A stretch of 63,580 bases of DNA, filler included, from Octopus bimaculoides (taxonomy: Eukaryota): assembly GCF_001194135.2 (NCBI RefSeq). It is 4 parts of 4 records of this genome, joined end to end, with 100 filler letters (N's around TTAATTAATTAA, not from the genome) between each part and the next. Parts side by side here need not be neighbours in the genome. Positions count along the whole stretch, not along the records: positions 24,281 to 44,045 come from NC_068996.1; positions 44,146 to 55,001 come from NC_068993.1; 2 more parts are not named here. One strand, given 5' to 3'. Numbering within the stretch: the first letter of the stretch is position 1; each line of letters opens with the position of its first letter. The notes beneath the pieces are model-generated. The model did not search any database, had not been told where the DNA came from, and saw only the letters and a list, made by a program, of their open reading frames with translations. This document shows, piece by piece, positions 36,165 through 50,435 of this stretch. The position numbers and the translations under genes are program-made.

Positions 36165-37500
36165 ATTGGGGTATGTGGAGGTACACCTCACATGCTGTCA
36201 CATCCATGCGCTGTGTACCTGGAATGTGGTAGACAGGAGTCCGTGAACGGAGGTGAAGGTAGCCTTCCCAGGAGAAGGAAATCTCTTATAAGAAAAACCA
36301 GCCGCGGAACTGAAATACTAAGTTGGTGTCTGGCGTGGGATAAATTTACCTCATGGCTAGGTAGAAGTCTCAAGCCTTAGACGGCAATCTCCTTTGGGAT
36401 GGTGTCTCGTATGTAAAAATACCCGGATGTGTGACTGGCGATCCACTTCTGTATCAGCTACCGAAAGAATTGATGGTGGCACTCCGTCGCTTACGACGTC
36501 GAGGGTTCCAGTTGATCCGATCAACGGAACAGCCTGCTCGTGAAATTAACGTGTAAGTGGCTGATCACTCCACAGACACGTCTACCCTTAACGTAGTTCT
36601 CGGGGATATTCAGCGTGACAGTGTGTGATAAGGCTGGCCCTTTGAATTACAGTTACAACAGAAAGAGGAAGTGAGAGTGAGAGAAAGCTGTGGTGAAAGA
36701 GTACAGCAGGGTTCGCCACCATCCCCTGCCGGAGCCTCGTGGAGCTTTAGGTGTTTTCGCTCAATAAATATTCACAACGCCCGGTCTGGGAATCGAAACC
36801 GCGATCCTATAACCGCGAGTCCGCTGCTCTAACCACTGGGCCATTGCGCCTCCACTCCGAAAGAATTACCATAACGTCTACTTACAGCACCAGGGTTTGA
36901 GCCCCTGCTTGTTCAGTTCCAAATTCTCACCTTGTTTCCCATGAAACGTATGACCAGCTACCTCTAAACTCTTTAGACCGGGGTAGCTGTGAAGAGGTAG
37001 ATGTAGATGGAGAAACAGCAAACAAACTTATGAAGTGCAAAAGACCTGTTCTCTACAGCACTTTTAACTCACAAACATTCTCAAGGACAAGCAGAAAACA
37101 AGAACTTCTGCATTGTGTAAAGAAGAACAAAGTTGATATCTTGAGCACCCAAAAACTCAGGTATCATCACTCTGACGCAGATTTGAAGTATGCCAACATT
37201 GATAGATACCAACTTATTACGACCTCTGCTATTAAAATCTCTTAGGGCTCTATTATTCTCCTGTCTTCAAGAGCCTCGGGGAACTTGCTCTCTATTGAGA
37301 AAATATCTGACCGCATAATTGTTTCATAGCTAAATAGTAACCCTCAAACCACATTCATTGCGTGTTACTGTCCAACTAACACAAGTGCTAAGAAACTTGC
37401 AGACGACTTCGACTCCGATCTGAAGGAAGTAACGGAAAGTGTCCCTTCCCACAACTTCCTTGTTATAGCAGGTGATTTTAATGGCCAAATAGGGAGGGAT
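36165..37500 (+). mobile_element. RTE/RTE-X-like LINE 5' remnant with AP-endonuclease domain, disrupted
   Basis: 37030-37500: STFNSQTF..KNKVDILSTQK..SIEKISDRII..TTFIACYCPTN..HNFLVIAGDFNGQIG, with in-frame stops. The 5' boundary is approximate. Confidence 0.8.
36472..36856 (-). mobile_element. Full-length tRNA-SINE (family C) inserted in the LINE 5' region
   Basis: Head ggaggcgcaatggcccagtggttagagcagcggactcgcgg..ggtttcgattcc; 11-bp TSD CCGAAAGAATT at 36461-36471 and 36857-36867. Confidence 0.9.
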
Positions 37501-38222
37501 GTTGCTCGGAACGGGATAAAATCGATTGATTTTGCTGTTCGAAGGTTATAATGGACACAGGTTCGTGTGTCATAGCTAGCTAGAGGCGATGGCCTCTTGG
37601 AGATAATCAATGGCAGCATTCGTCCTATTTTTCTGGACTGCCATGTTAGCTTGGCGATAACTATTAATATATACATGTATATATATATATATATATNNNN
37701 NNNNNNNNNNNNNNNNNNNNNNNNNNNNNNNNNNNNNNNNNNNNNNNNNNNNNNNNNNNNNNNNNNNNNNNNNNNNNNNNNNNNNNNNNNNNNNNNNNNN
37801 NNNNNNNNNNNNNNNNNNNNNNNNNNNNNNNNNNNNNNNNNNNNNNNNNNNNNNNNNNNNNNNNNNNNNNNNNNNNNNNNNNNNNNNNNNNNNNNNNNNN
37901 NNNNNNNNNNNNNNNNNNNNNNNNNNNNNNNNNNNNNNNNNNNNNNNNNNNNNNNNNNNNNNNNNNNNNNNNNNNNNNNNNNNNNNNNNNNNNNNNNNNN
38001 NNNNNNNNNNNNNNNNNNNNNNNNNNNNNNNNNNNNNNNNNNNNNNNNNNNNNNNNNNNNNNNNNNNNNNNNNNNNNNNNNNNNNNNNNNNNNNNNNNNN
38101 NNNNNNNNNNNNNNNNNNNNNNNNNNNNNNNNNNNNNNNNNNNNNNNNNNNNNNNNNNNNNNNNNNNNNNNNNNNNNNNNNNNNNNNNNNNNNNNNNNNN
38201 NNNNNNNNNNNNNNNNNNNNNN

Positions 38223-38261
<39 letters not shown>

Positions 38262-38676
38262 TGCAGTAAAGTTCATTTGCCAACATAACGTGGCAGTCCT
38301 GCATAGGACTATGTTACTACTTTTTACTCCATGGAAACACCTTTTCTAGCTGGTTATCGACACATGACCTGTGCCCGGGACATTCTGTAAGTAAAGAGGC
38401 TTACTGCTCCCTTCTAACCGTTAGCAGTACCTGCAGATTATGTGTCGAAAATCAATTGGAAAAGATGTTTTGTTGGAAAATAAACTTTACTACACGGTAC
38501 TGTTGATCTCATTCAGAGATTTAAAACTGGCTGTTTTACTCCTTACGAGATCAGTGACTGTCAGTTACTTCGATAAGTATATTCTGTGAGTAAGGTCGCG
38601 TGATTGCTGTCTGTAGCAGGACGGTTATCCATCACGTAAGACGGGAAATTACCTAGAAACCGTTGCTATGTTGGTA

Positions 38677-38718
<42 letters not shown>

Positions 38719-38818
38719 NNNNNNNNNNNNNNNNNNNNNNNNNNNNNNNNNNNNNNNNNNNNNNNNNNNNNNNNNNNNNNNNNNNNNNNNNNNNNNNNNN
38801 NNNNNNNNNNNNNNNNNN

Positions 38819-38852
<34 letters not shown>

Positions 38853-38958
38853 AACACACATATATATACACGCACACACACATATATATATATATATATA
38901 AACACATGCATGTATGCATGAATGAATGTATGTATCTATGTATATGTGTATGTATGTG

Positions 38959-38990
<32 letters not shown>

Positions 38991-39697
38991 TGTATGTATG
39001 TATGTATCTATCTATCTATCTACCTATCTATCTATCTATACATATATATATATATATATATTTAAGTATATAATTATAAATATATAATTATAATTAAGGG
39101 CGCTGGAGGGACAACGCTAATACGCTAGAAGTAGATGTCAACTGTCTACACGCTACTCTAAATTTTTTCTCCTTTTTGCAGAAGTCTTGTTATATAATTA
39201 TAATTATATATTTATAGTTATATACTTAAATATTAATTTATNNNNNNNNNNNNNNNNNNNNNNNNNNNNNNNNNNNNNNNNNNNNNNNNNNNNNNNNNNN
39301 NNNNNNNNNNNNNNNNNNNNNNNNNNNNNNNNNNNNNNNNNNNNNNNNNNNNNNNNNNNNNNNNNNNNNNNNNNNNNNNNNNNNNNNNNNNNNNNNNNNN
39401 NNNNNNNNNNNNNNNNNNNNNNNNNNNNNNNNNNNNNNNNNNNNNNNNNNNNNNNNNNNNNNNNNNNNNNNNNNNNNNNNNNNNNNNNNNNNNNNATATA
39501 TGTATGTATGTATATATCTGGATATGTTGATTTTGCAATATAGTTTTAGTGGGAAGGTGGGAGGCAATGTATACCTTATGATTCCCTGATTCTAATTTGA
39601 CTTTAAAAAAATAAACGTTTGAAAGGAAGCTTAAGTGTCTCTCAGTATGTGTGTGTGTGTGTGTGTAAGTATGTGGGTGCGCATAGTTATGTAATAG

Positions 39698-39930
39698 GGT
39701 AAGCTGAAAAGTTCATAGGATGACTATTAAGGCGTAATGCTAGAGCTGTGAAATTTAGCAGGCATTAATTTCAACCTTTTTTTGTTAATAACCTCATTAT
39801 TTAATTCCAGGTACACTGACATTTAACTGTTCAAAGAAGACTTCGCAAGTAGCTAGTAACGGCTTCTCTTGAAAATGGACAAAATTTGTCATCGTGATGT
39901 TGTCAATTACCAGTAGAAAATGGTTTATCC
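39698..39930 (+). mobile_element. mariner 5' remnant
   Basis: TIR-like agggtaagctgaaaagttcatagg, then MDKICHRDVVNY, resembling the mariner N-terminal MEK..HRAVIKY start. Confidence 0.55.
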
Positions 39931-40343
39931 CCCTCCCCACATACACAGACACACACACAAACCTCTTTGTTGAGAATGGTCTCACCACGAAGAAACTAGC
40001 TAACCATTTTCAATTCATGTTCCACGGATTTCGTCTGGTGGAAGAAACCTTTTATCAGTAACAGAATTGCGAATGAGAAGCATCCCAAACTAACATGAAA
40101 AGTGCTTTGCAGCAGAAGCATAAGTAGATGTTAAAGGAGTTCCAAAAATGTTTATTCTCTCTACTTGATATCCAATTTCAGAATAAGTTAAATGTAATTC
40201 TTCAACTAAAATTCAGTTTGTTTACTTCTCTTGTTATACTTCTTAATTCGCATTTTGCCAGTCATAAGAACCAAAGTTATTATAGGGTGGTTCGAATTTG
40301 TATCCCAGTCTGGTATATCAAAGTAGCATAGAAAAACTTCTGT

Positions 40344-40580
40344 TAAGGCGGCGAGCTGGCAGAAACGTTAGCACGCCGGGCGAAATGCTTAGTGGTATTT
40401 CGTCTGCCATTACGTTCTTAGTTCAAATTCCGCCGAGGTCGACTTTGCCTTTCATCCTTTCGGGGTCGATAAATTGAATACTAGTTACGCACTGGGGTCG
40501 ATGCAATCGACTTAATCCCTTTGTCTGTCCTTGTTTGCTCCCTCTATATTTAGCCCCTTGTGGGCAATAAAGAAATAAGA
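40344..40580 (+). mobile_element. SINE family B, full-length
   Basis: Near-identical to 12114-12335. Confidence 0.88.
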
Positions 40581-42697
40581 AACACTTCTGGGGTTAATTT
40601 GATTCCAGATATGTTATGTGAGGGTAGACACCAGTGGACTGAGTGCAAAAGCTAAAAGACCATGTAGGCACACACTCATAAATTTGAATTTATTAGTAAA
40701 GACATATGTTACTTAAATTTAAAGTCTGTACCTAGCTGAAGACCCGTTAGGCCAGAGCTTCCCCCGTTTCAGTTACATTTAATGACGGAGAGCAATAGAT
40801 ACCACACCTGTAGAGGACGCCAGCCCATCGCAGGGCTAACTTCCTACGTGTCACCGGTACTCATTTTCACCTGTTGGAAATGAAGTGAAAGCAAGTGATA
40901 TGAACTACTTTGTTTACGGGAACAATAACACAACACTCAGTCCAAGAATGGAATCCATGCCCTAATGATCTTGAACCAAACTCCCAAAGATAGATATGGA
41001 AAACGAGTGAGTAAGAGAAGGATGGAGGTGAAGGAAGGAGTATGAAAAGAGAAGCAGAGAGGGAAAGGAGTTTGGGAGAGGGAGAAAGAGGGAGAGAGGG
41101 AGAGAGATAGAAACAGAGGGAGGGGAGCGAGAGGAGCGGAAAGAGAGGGTAGCGAGAGAGAGGAGAGAGAGACATTTAAGATTCTGAGTCAAAGAATGCT
41201 TTGGTCGCTGTTAAGTGTCCGGTCTGTATTGATCTAAGCAGACTCGTTATTTTATTCTTGTATTCAATAATCTGGATCACCAAATCCAAAATCATAGCTT
41301 TAATAGCGACCGTCGATATTTATTTCAGTTCTGTACTTAATTTATCGATCATAACTGACGAACTATTAAGTTATAGGTCACAAAATAGGACGCTACAAAT
41401 ACGTGATTTTTAAGACATGGAAACAGACTGACAAACGTATGCATATACGCACACCTTGTGCTATGCGAGTGTGTGTGTGTGAGAGAGATAAATAAAGAGA
41501 GAGAAGGAGAGAGAGAGGGAGAAAGGGAGAGGGAGAGAGAGTGTGTTCGTGAGAGAGAAAGAGAGATGGAGAGAAAGTGTGTGTGTGTCCCGTGTTCTTC
41601 GATCTACGAATTCTGCAATTCACCGTCACTCGCTCTAATTGCGTAAGTAAATAACAAATGAACGAGAGCTGATCTAGGCTAAACAAGAATGTATTTGATC
41701 ATAATTTTAGTGGATGAGGGCGAGCCTAGGCGAAGCAATACAAATACCGGATATTGTATATGACAATATAAACCTGTCATATATGTTTGTAATATTCAAT
41801 GTGACTAAGAGAACAACAACTAGATTACAATCGATGAATGTAGCCATTTTGTTTTACATTACCCTACTAATGTCGTTCATAAAAAAAAAGAACGTCACAC
41901 TGTCTGATTTATTTTCTTATTTCTTTTCTGTTTTTTTTTTCTTTTTTTTTTACAAAAATGTATGGCCCTTTAATTATGATTACCCTCAATAACAAAAATA
42001 CTTATGTATGATTAGTTTTGAAATGTGTCATCTGTTTTGATGTACACTGCTATTGTTTTGTTCTTATATAACATGACACAATCTGTCCTACGCAGCAAGA
42101 TAACTATCAGAAAATATCACCGGATATACATAATACACATGAATATAGAGCAAAAAAGAAATATAAAAAAGAGAATATGGTTCGTGTTAAATAAACAATC
42201 TGTGTAAAAATGGATAAACAAATGTTTCAGTTTTGAACGATACAAATTCCAAGTTTTACTGGCGCAAAAGACGTAAAATAAATGAATAAAAGATTACACA
42301 CATTTTAGAATTAAAAAAAAAAAAAATATCGGTTTACGTATGTGTAAACACTCTATTGAATTTCTTTGGTCGGACAGAAATAGATATATCCCAGTCTCTG
42401 TTCATAGTATAGCATGATCAGGGGGGAAAAGAGAAAAAGAGAAAAAGAAATGGAAATAAATAGATTGACAGTAAAAAAAAAAAATGAACGGAAAATGCTT
42501 TCGTGTTTCTGAGAGAACAAGAGAGAAAGCGGGGAGAGAGAAAGAGTGAGAGAGAGAGAGAGAGAGGGGAGAGAGGAGGGAGGGAGGGAGAGAAAGAGAT
42601 GAGAGACATGGAGAAAGATAAATAAATAGAGAAAGGTAAATGAATAGTTATAGTGATAGATAGACAGATAGCTAGCTAACTAGATAGGTAGATAGGT

Positions 42698-42757
<60 letters not shown>

Positions 42758-43157
42758 ATAGATAGATGGATGGATAGAGAAGAATGCCAATAAAGAATAC
42801 TGGTTTTCGAACTGTTGGAAGATAAACAAGAATAAAATTTTCGGCAAGATAAGATGGCCGAAGGGTTAGAGTGACAGATCCTCTTTGCAGAGAACGAGAA
42901 AATGGACACCAGAACAAACCCCTTAATTGCATTCAAAATTCCAGCACCTCTCACAAAGTTTGTACAATGGCGTGTAATGAAATACAGCGCTATCCTGACC
43001 GAACTAGCACTGTTTCCGGAAGGATTACAGACGCCGAAAGCTGTGAGGGAGTGCACGACAACATCTGTGCCTTTCCGAGTTGTTAAAGACCGTGGCCCGA
43101 GGCACTGTGACGTCACGCAGGTTTTTCGGCAGGACGAAACAAGGAAACATTACTGAC

Positions 43158-43336
43158 GGTGTGTGTGTGTGTGTGTGTGTGTGTGCTTGTGTGTGTGTGT
43201 GTGCTTGTGTGTTTGTGCTTGTGTGTTTGTGTATTTTTGTGCGTGTGTTTGTATTTTTGTGCATGTGTGCGTGCGTGAATGTGTGCGTGTATGTATGCGT
43301 GAGCTGTCTTGTAATTTTGAGCGTTTGTGCGTCTGC

Positions 43337-43380
<44 letters not shown>

Positions 43381-43982
43381 GGTTCTATGTGTTTGAGCAT
43401 GTACGACTGACCGTATGCATGTGTGCGGGTGAATGTGTCTGTATATGTATGATGCGTGTAAATGCACATGTGTGCATATATGTCTACGTATGTAAGTTGG
43501 AGTGTGTATACAATGGTATGCATTAGTGAGTTTAAGGTGTATACGTGGGAGCATCTGCGTGTATATTACACATGTATTACTGTGTGTATGTATGTCTCCG
43601 TGTGTTACTGAATGCTTATTAGTGTGTGTGTATATATATATATGTGTGTGTGTGTGTGTATATATATGTGTGTGTGTGTGTGTGTATTAATGTGCATTTG
43701 TCTACAGTGTCAAAATGACTGATTATTGCGTTATAAGTGTACATCGTTGTTTATATGTCTGTCTGCGCTTACGCATGTACTACTATGTCAGTACGTGTGT
43801 GTGTGTGTGTGTGTGTGTCTTATCTGTGTGTTTGCGTGTGCACGCAGGTGTATGACAACGAGTGTGTACTTGTGTGTGCGTGCGTATGTGCGCATGTGTG
43901 TGTGTGTGCGTGTTCGGATATGTGTGTGCCTGCGTGTGTCTGTGGAGTGTGTGTGTGTGTGTGTATGATGATAGATAGATAC

Positions 43983-44045
<63 letters not shown>
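43158..44045. repeat. Long degenerate (TG)n tract ending in (GATA)/(GA)n
   Basis: Direct inspection; about 0.9 kb, mostly alternating purine-pyrimidine. Confidence 0.9.
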
Positions 44046-44145
44046 NNNNNNNNNNNNNNNNNNNNNNNNNNNNNNNNNNNNNNNNNNNNTTAATTAATTA
44101 ANNNNNNNNNNNNNNNNNNNNNNNNNNNNNNNNNNNNNNNNNNNN
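44046..44145. other. Artificial scaffold-join linker N44-TTAATTAATTAA-N44
   Basis: As at 24181. Confidence 0.95.
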
Positions 44146-44871
44146 TATATACACGCAGTCTTTCTCTCAGATGAAAATCACACACATACACAAGTAACCC
44201 AAATCTCCCAAATATCAAACTCTACTTTCCATTTCTATTTATACAGAAAATTTGAAAGGGACATCAGATGATATAGTCCTTGATACACTATGCCAGAGAA
44301 AAAAAATGGAAGCAGAAAATATTTAAGAACAATTGTAACACTTCTGGTCATGCCTCTGCTCAATGTGGACTGACCTAGGGTTAGACAAACGACAACAACA
44401 ACTGCTTGTCCCAGTTTCAACAAAAAGTAAAGTTAACGGAGAAAAGGAATCGAATCGAAACACACCCACCCATGCGTACATTCAATACATACACACACAC
44501 ATACTCACACATGTGTGTGCACATACACACATGCATACACAAATACCAACACACACACACACAGATTATTACATTCTGCCCACCTCTATCGTAGAAATGT
44601 CTCCATGTTGTCACTATGTTCTAAAGTAAACTCTAGATATTCGTTCTTGTAACCTACTAATGAAATCCTCTTTGTGGTACCCTAATTATTCAGACAGACT
44701 GACAGTAAGTCTAGCAACACTACACACCCACCTCCGCATATATATATGTGTGTGTGTGTGTGTGGGGGGGAATGTACGTACACACGCACATGTTGATGTC
44801 ATAAGATCTACAATTTCAAAAAAGATAGATATGTAAGCATGTATGTATGTGTGTGTATGTATGTATATATA

Positions 44872-44912
<41 letters not shown>

Positions 44913-46148
44913 NNNNNNNNNNNNNNNNNNNNNNNNNNNNNNNNNNNNNNNNNNNNNNNNNNNNNNNNNNNNNNNNNNNNNNNNNNNNNNNNNNNNNNNN
45001 NNNNNNNNNNNNNNNNNNNNNNNNNNNNNNNNNNNNNNNNNNNNNNNNNNNNNNNNNNNNNNNNNNNNNNNNNNNNNNNNNNNNNNNNNNNNNNNNNNNN
45101 NNNNNNNNNNNNNNNNNNNNNNNNNNNNNNNNNNNNNNNNNNNNNNNNNNNNNNNNNNNNNNNNNNNNNNNNNNNNNNNNNNNNNNNNNNNNNNNNNNNN
45201 NNNNNNNNNNNNNNNNNNNNNNNNNNNNNNNNNNNNNNNNNNNNNNNNNNNNNNNNNNNNNNNNNNNNNNNNNNNNNNNNNNNNNNNNNNNNNNNNNNNN
45301 NNNNNNNNNNNNNNNNNNNNNNNNNNNNNNNNNNNNNNNNNNNNNNNNNNNNNNNNNNNNNATATATATATATATATATATATATATAGATATATGTATA
45401 TATCTATACATGTATCTGTGTGTGTGTGTACAAAAACCTTTTGGCACACACACACGCAAATATATTCTGCAAACAAACGAGTCTTATGAATACAGCTTAC
45501 ATTGAATCGCTTGCCTCGGCATTCCAAGCTTCCAAATAATAAGAAAGAGAAACGAAGGAAAGAAATGGAGGAAGAGGGGTGGGGTGAGACTAATGGTGAA
45601 TGGACTGTTTACGTAACCATACCCCACCCCACCCCATGATACAGATACTTTCAACACACAGGGACTCTCATCTCTACCATATTTGTTGTCTTTGTCATCA
45701 TCATCATCATTTTAGCTGCCACTTTTCTATACTTGATTAGGTCAAATGAAATTTGTTGAGATGGATTTTCCATGGCTGGGATGCTGTTCCTATCGCCAAC
45801 CCTCACTAGATAATGTTTGTCCATTTGCCCTCTGAGCATCAAGTGGCGCAAATGGATGGATACGTCTTTCAGGGATCATTGCAAAAGAAACACTGTTTGT
45901 GTGATGGAGAAATGAAGACAAGATTCTTTCCAATTAATGCACAATACCGAGACAAGCAGATGCAAACACATACACACATCGACACACACACACACACACA
46001 CACATGTACATCATCATCATCACCACCCAATGACTGTTCATCATGATGGCATGGGCTGGACAATTCGACAGGAGTTGGTGAACCAGAAAACTGTGCGAAG
46101 CTTCAATGTTTGCTTTGGCATGGATTCTACAGATGGACGCCCTTCTCC

Positions 46149-46187
<39 letters not shown>

Positions 46188-46356
46188 ACTGGTGTAAGAC
46201 AGGCATGGCTGTCTGGTAAGAAGTTTGCTTCCCAACCACATGGTTCCAGGTTCAGTCCCACTGCATGGCACCTTGGGCAAGTGTCTTCCACTAGGTTCTG
46301 ACCGACCAAAGCCTTGTGAGTGGATTTGGTAAGTTCAAACTAAAAGAAGCCCATCA

Positions 46357-46398
<42 letters not shown>

Positions 46399-46821
46399 NN
46401 NNNNNNNNNNNNNNNNNNNNNNNNNNNNNNNNNNNNNNNNNNNNNNNNNNNNNNNNNNNNNNNNNNNNNNNNNNNNNNNNNNNNNNNNNNNNNNNNNNNN
46501 NNNNNNNNNNNNNNNNNNNNNNNNNNNNNNNNNNNNNNNNNNNNNNNNNNNNNNNNNNNNNNNNNNNNNNNNNNNNNNNNNNNNNNNNNNNNNNNNNNNN
46601 NNNNNNNNNNNNNNNNNNNNNNNNNNNNNNNNNNNNNNNNNNNNNNNNNNNNNNNNNNNNNNNNNNNNNNNNNNNNNNNNNNNNNNNNNNNNNNNNNNNN
46701 NNNNNNNNNNNNNNNNNNNNNNNNNNNNNNNNNNNNNNNNNNNNNNNNNNNNNNNNNNNNNNNNNNNNNNNNNNNNNNNNNNNNNNNNNNNNNNNNNNNN
46801 NNNNNNNNNNNNNNNNNNNNN

Positions 46822-47125
46822 GGTCAGTAGTCATCGCCTCGGTGAGGCCCAATGTACGAAGGTCTTGCCTCACCACCTCAGCCCAGGTCTTCCTGGGCCT
46901 ACCTCTTCCACGGGTTCCCTCAACTGTTAGGGTGTGGCACTTTTTCACGCTGCTATCCTCATCCATTCTCACCACATGTCCATACCAGCGCAATCGTCTC
47001 TCTTGCACACCACAACTGATGCTTCTAATGTTCAGCTTTTCTCTCAAGATACTTACACTCTGACGGCTATTCACATTGACATTACACATCCAACGGAGCA
47101 TACTGGCTTCATTCCTTGTGAGCTT
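46822..47125 (-). mobile_element. RTE-clade LINE ORF C-terminus
   Basis: MLRWMCNV..LREKLNIRSISCGVQERRLRWYGHVVRMDEDSSVKKCHTLTVEGTRGRGRPRKTWAEVVRQDL (typical RTE post-RT region). Confidence 0.9.
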
Positions 47126-47442
47126 ACGTATATATATATATATATATATATAAACAGAAAAATTTTTTGGGGTATTATTTATTCAACATTACATATGTTT
47201 CAATACTTATATGAGTTATATGAATATACAAAAGCATCCAGTCCGTACTGTAAAGTGGTTGGCATCGGGAAAGGCATTCAACAGTAAAAATCATACCAAA
47301 ATTAACCTTGCCTGCGCTTGAGCCACGTAAAATGCACTGAGTCCACTCTGCGGAGTGGTTGGTGTTAGGAATGCCCCCCCCCACCAACCATAAAAACCCT
47401 GTCAAAGCAGACACAGTAGCATAGTTGGAAGATGGACGTTAA

Positions 47443-47486
<44 letters not shown>

Positions 47487-47550
47487 ATGTAGAAAAATAT
47501 GGAAGACATCTTGTATTAGTAATTCTTCAGACCAAGAATTTATATATATG

Positions 47551-47586
<36 letters not shown>

Positions 47587-47994
47587 TACATACATATACA
47601 CACACATGATTGTTGTAAAGGAATGTCATTCATTTACAATATTCTGTGAAAACATGTCTGGCCACGGGGAAATATTTCCTTGCTTGGAAACATGTGAGGG
47701 TTGTTGACAGGAAGGGCATCCAGCTGCAACAAAACCTACCCCAAATAAACTCCATCTGAATCATGCCAACTAGGAAAAGCGAACATTAAAACGAAAATGA
47801 TGATGACGATGATGATGTTAATGATGGTGTTGGTAGTGGTAGTAGTAATGATGGTGGTGGAGGTGGTGGTTAATCACATTTGTGGTGTTAAACCTCCCAC
47901 ACACATGCTTCATCCTAGCAGTGTGATACATTACAATTGCTATCCATATGTAGATAGATGCATGCATAAAGAGAAAAAAACCCAAAAGAGCAGC

Positions 47995-48032
<38 letters not shown>

Positions 48033-48298
48033 TGATGATAATGATGATGATGATGATAATAATAATGATGATCATAATAATGATAATAATAATGATGATG
48101 ATGATGATGATAATAACGATGATGATGATGATGATAAGAATAATGATAATAATAATGATAATAATAATAATAATAATAATAATGATGATGATGATGATAA
48201 TGATAATGACAATAATAATAATAATGATAATAATAATGATAATAATAATAATGATAATAATAGTAATAATAATAATAATAATGATGACGACCACGACG
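47995..48298. repeat. (AAT/GAT)n compound microsatellite
   Basis: Direct inspection. Confidence 0.95.
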
Positions 48299-49194
48299 NN
48301 NNNNNNNNNNNNNNNNNNNNNNNNNNNNNNNNNNNNNNNNNNNNNNNNNNNNNNNNNNNNNNNNNNNNNNNNNNNNNNNNNNNNNNNNNNNNNNNNNNNN
48401 NNNNNNNNNNNNNNNNNNNNNNNNNNNNNNNNNNNNNNNNNNNNNNNNNNNNNNNNNNNNNNNNNNNNNNNNNNNNNNNNNNNNNNNNNNNNNNNNNNNN
48501 NNNNNNNNNNNNNNNNNNNNNNNNNNNNNNNNNNNNNNNNNNNNNNNNNNNNNNNNNNNNNNNNNNNNNNNNNNNNNNNNNNNNNNNNNNNNNNNNNNNN
48601 NNNNNNNNNNNNNNNNNNNNNNNNNNNNNNNNNNNNNNNNNNNNNNNNNNNNNNNNNNNNNNNNNNNNNNNNNNNNNNNNNNNNNNNNNNNNNNNNNNNN
48701 NNNNNNNNNNNNNNNNNNNNNNNNNNNNNNNNNNNNNNNNNNNNNNNNNNNNNNNNNNNNNNNNNNNNNNNNNNNNNNNNNNNNNNNNNNNNNNNNNNNN
48801 NNNNNNNNNNNNNNNNNNNNNNNNNNNNNNNNNNNNNNNNNNNNNNNNNNNNNNNNNNNNNNNNNNNNNNNNNNNNNNNNNNNNNNNNNNNNNNNNNNNN
48901 NNNNNNNNNNNNNNNNNNNNNNNNNNNNNNNNNNNNNNNNNNNNNNNNNNNNNNNNNNNNNNNNNNNNNNNNNNNNNNNNNNNNNNNNNNNNNNNNNNNN
49001 NNNNNNNNNNNNNNNNNNNNNNNNNNNNNNNNNNNNNNNNNNNNNNNNNNNNNNNNNNNNNNNNNNNNNNNNNNNNNNNNNNNNNNNNNNNNNNNNNNNN
49101 NNNNNNNNNNNNNNNNNNNNNNNNNNNNNTGAACGCAACTATTTTCAGTTACATATTCACGGCAAACAAATCAAACAAACCAAACAAACAAAAA

Positions 49195-49510
49195 GGCGAC
49201 GAGCTGGCAAAAACGTTAGCACACTGGGCGAAATGCTTTGGGGTCGATAAATTAAGTACCAGTTGTGTACTGAGGTCGATCTAATTGACTGGCACCCCGC
49301 CTTCCCCAAAATTTCGAGCCTTGTACCTAGAGTAGAAAAGAATATTATGCGTTTGTTAAGGCGGCGAGCTGGCGGAATCGTTAGCACGCTGGGCGAAATG
49401 CTTAGCGGTATTTTGTCTGCCATTACGTTCTGAGTTCAAATTCTGCCGAGGTCAACTTTGCCAGGAGACACTTGCCCAAGGTGCCATGCAGTGGGACTGA
49501 ACCTGGAACC
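49195..49510. mobile_element. Two truncated family B SINE heads abutting an opposite-strand family A core
   Basis: ggcgacgagctggcaaaaacg at 49196 and ggcggcgagctggcggaatcg at 49361; junction ctttgcc|aggagacacttgcccaagg near 49460. Confidence 0.7.
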
Positions 49511-50435
49511 TTGTTATCGTGTTGCAAACTTTTTTACACTACATGGTTACACAATATACTATGTTGAATTGTATGCTAGAAAATATGGCAAATAAATGCT
49601 AGAAATTTTGGGGGAAGTGAGCTGGTTGACTACATCAACCCCAATGTCCATCGTAGTGTACAGCTGGAAAACTCTCTATAGACAACAGCTGTTGGTGACA
49701 TAGTGACAGAGAGAAATCTTTGAATTTCCAACAGAGTGGTTGTAGTAGTGATGTATGGGCTGTTACCTGGTGAAATAATAATTTTTCAGAGCTTACTAAC
49801 ACACACACACATGCACATACACACAGTTGTAAGGTAGGGAACATTCGACACAGCTGTAAGAATAATATCAGGTGGAGAGGATCATATAACGAGATGCATG
49901 TTCAAATGCTTAATTCATAGTCATTGTATAAATTATAATTCATAAAATGAATACATTGCTTCAATCTACTCTTTAATATGAATATTAATAAGAATAGCTT
50001 CTGACATAATCTGATGTTTCTCGGCAGTTTTTTATTCTTTTTAGAAAAAATTTTTTTTATCAACTACACAAATACAATAAGCTGTTCAATAACAATACCA
50101 TAAAGGTTGGCTATAGTCGTAAGGAAAATATCAATATGACTTAGCAATACAGTCATACCTGCACTCTCAATCGGTTCAATCAAGATTGACCTGGGGTTAA
50201 AGAACAACAAGGAGGAAATTTCAGAGGGACCTTCATTTTGGGGAAGAAGGATTGGACATATTGAGAGTGAGAAGAGAGACCCAAACCAAGTGAAACAAAA
50301 GCTACTAATTCTGAAGGACAGAAGTCACTGTAGAACAGGCCAAAAAAAGGGAACAGCACATCAGTGGACCAGGGACTCCATGCTGATAATTCATGTGGTT
50401 ATTTGGAGAGGATACAGCTTAGCATGTCATGTAAA

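Noticed and set aside
36780-36856. tRNA-like heads of SINEs (here and in family A/B copies) as tRNA genes
   Set aside because: They lack a paired acceptor stem and continue into SINE core and tail sequence.
38350-38385. 36-nt exon candidate (WLSTHDLCPDIL or GYRHMTCARTF)
   Set aside because: Good splice signals, but too short to identify. The RING-like resemblance is incomplete.
47797-49284. Asn/Asp-rich 495-aa ORF
   Set aside because: It is an (AAT/GAT)n microsatellite plus gap.
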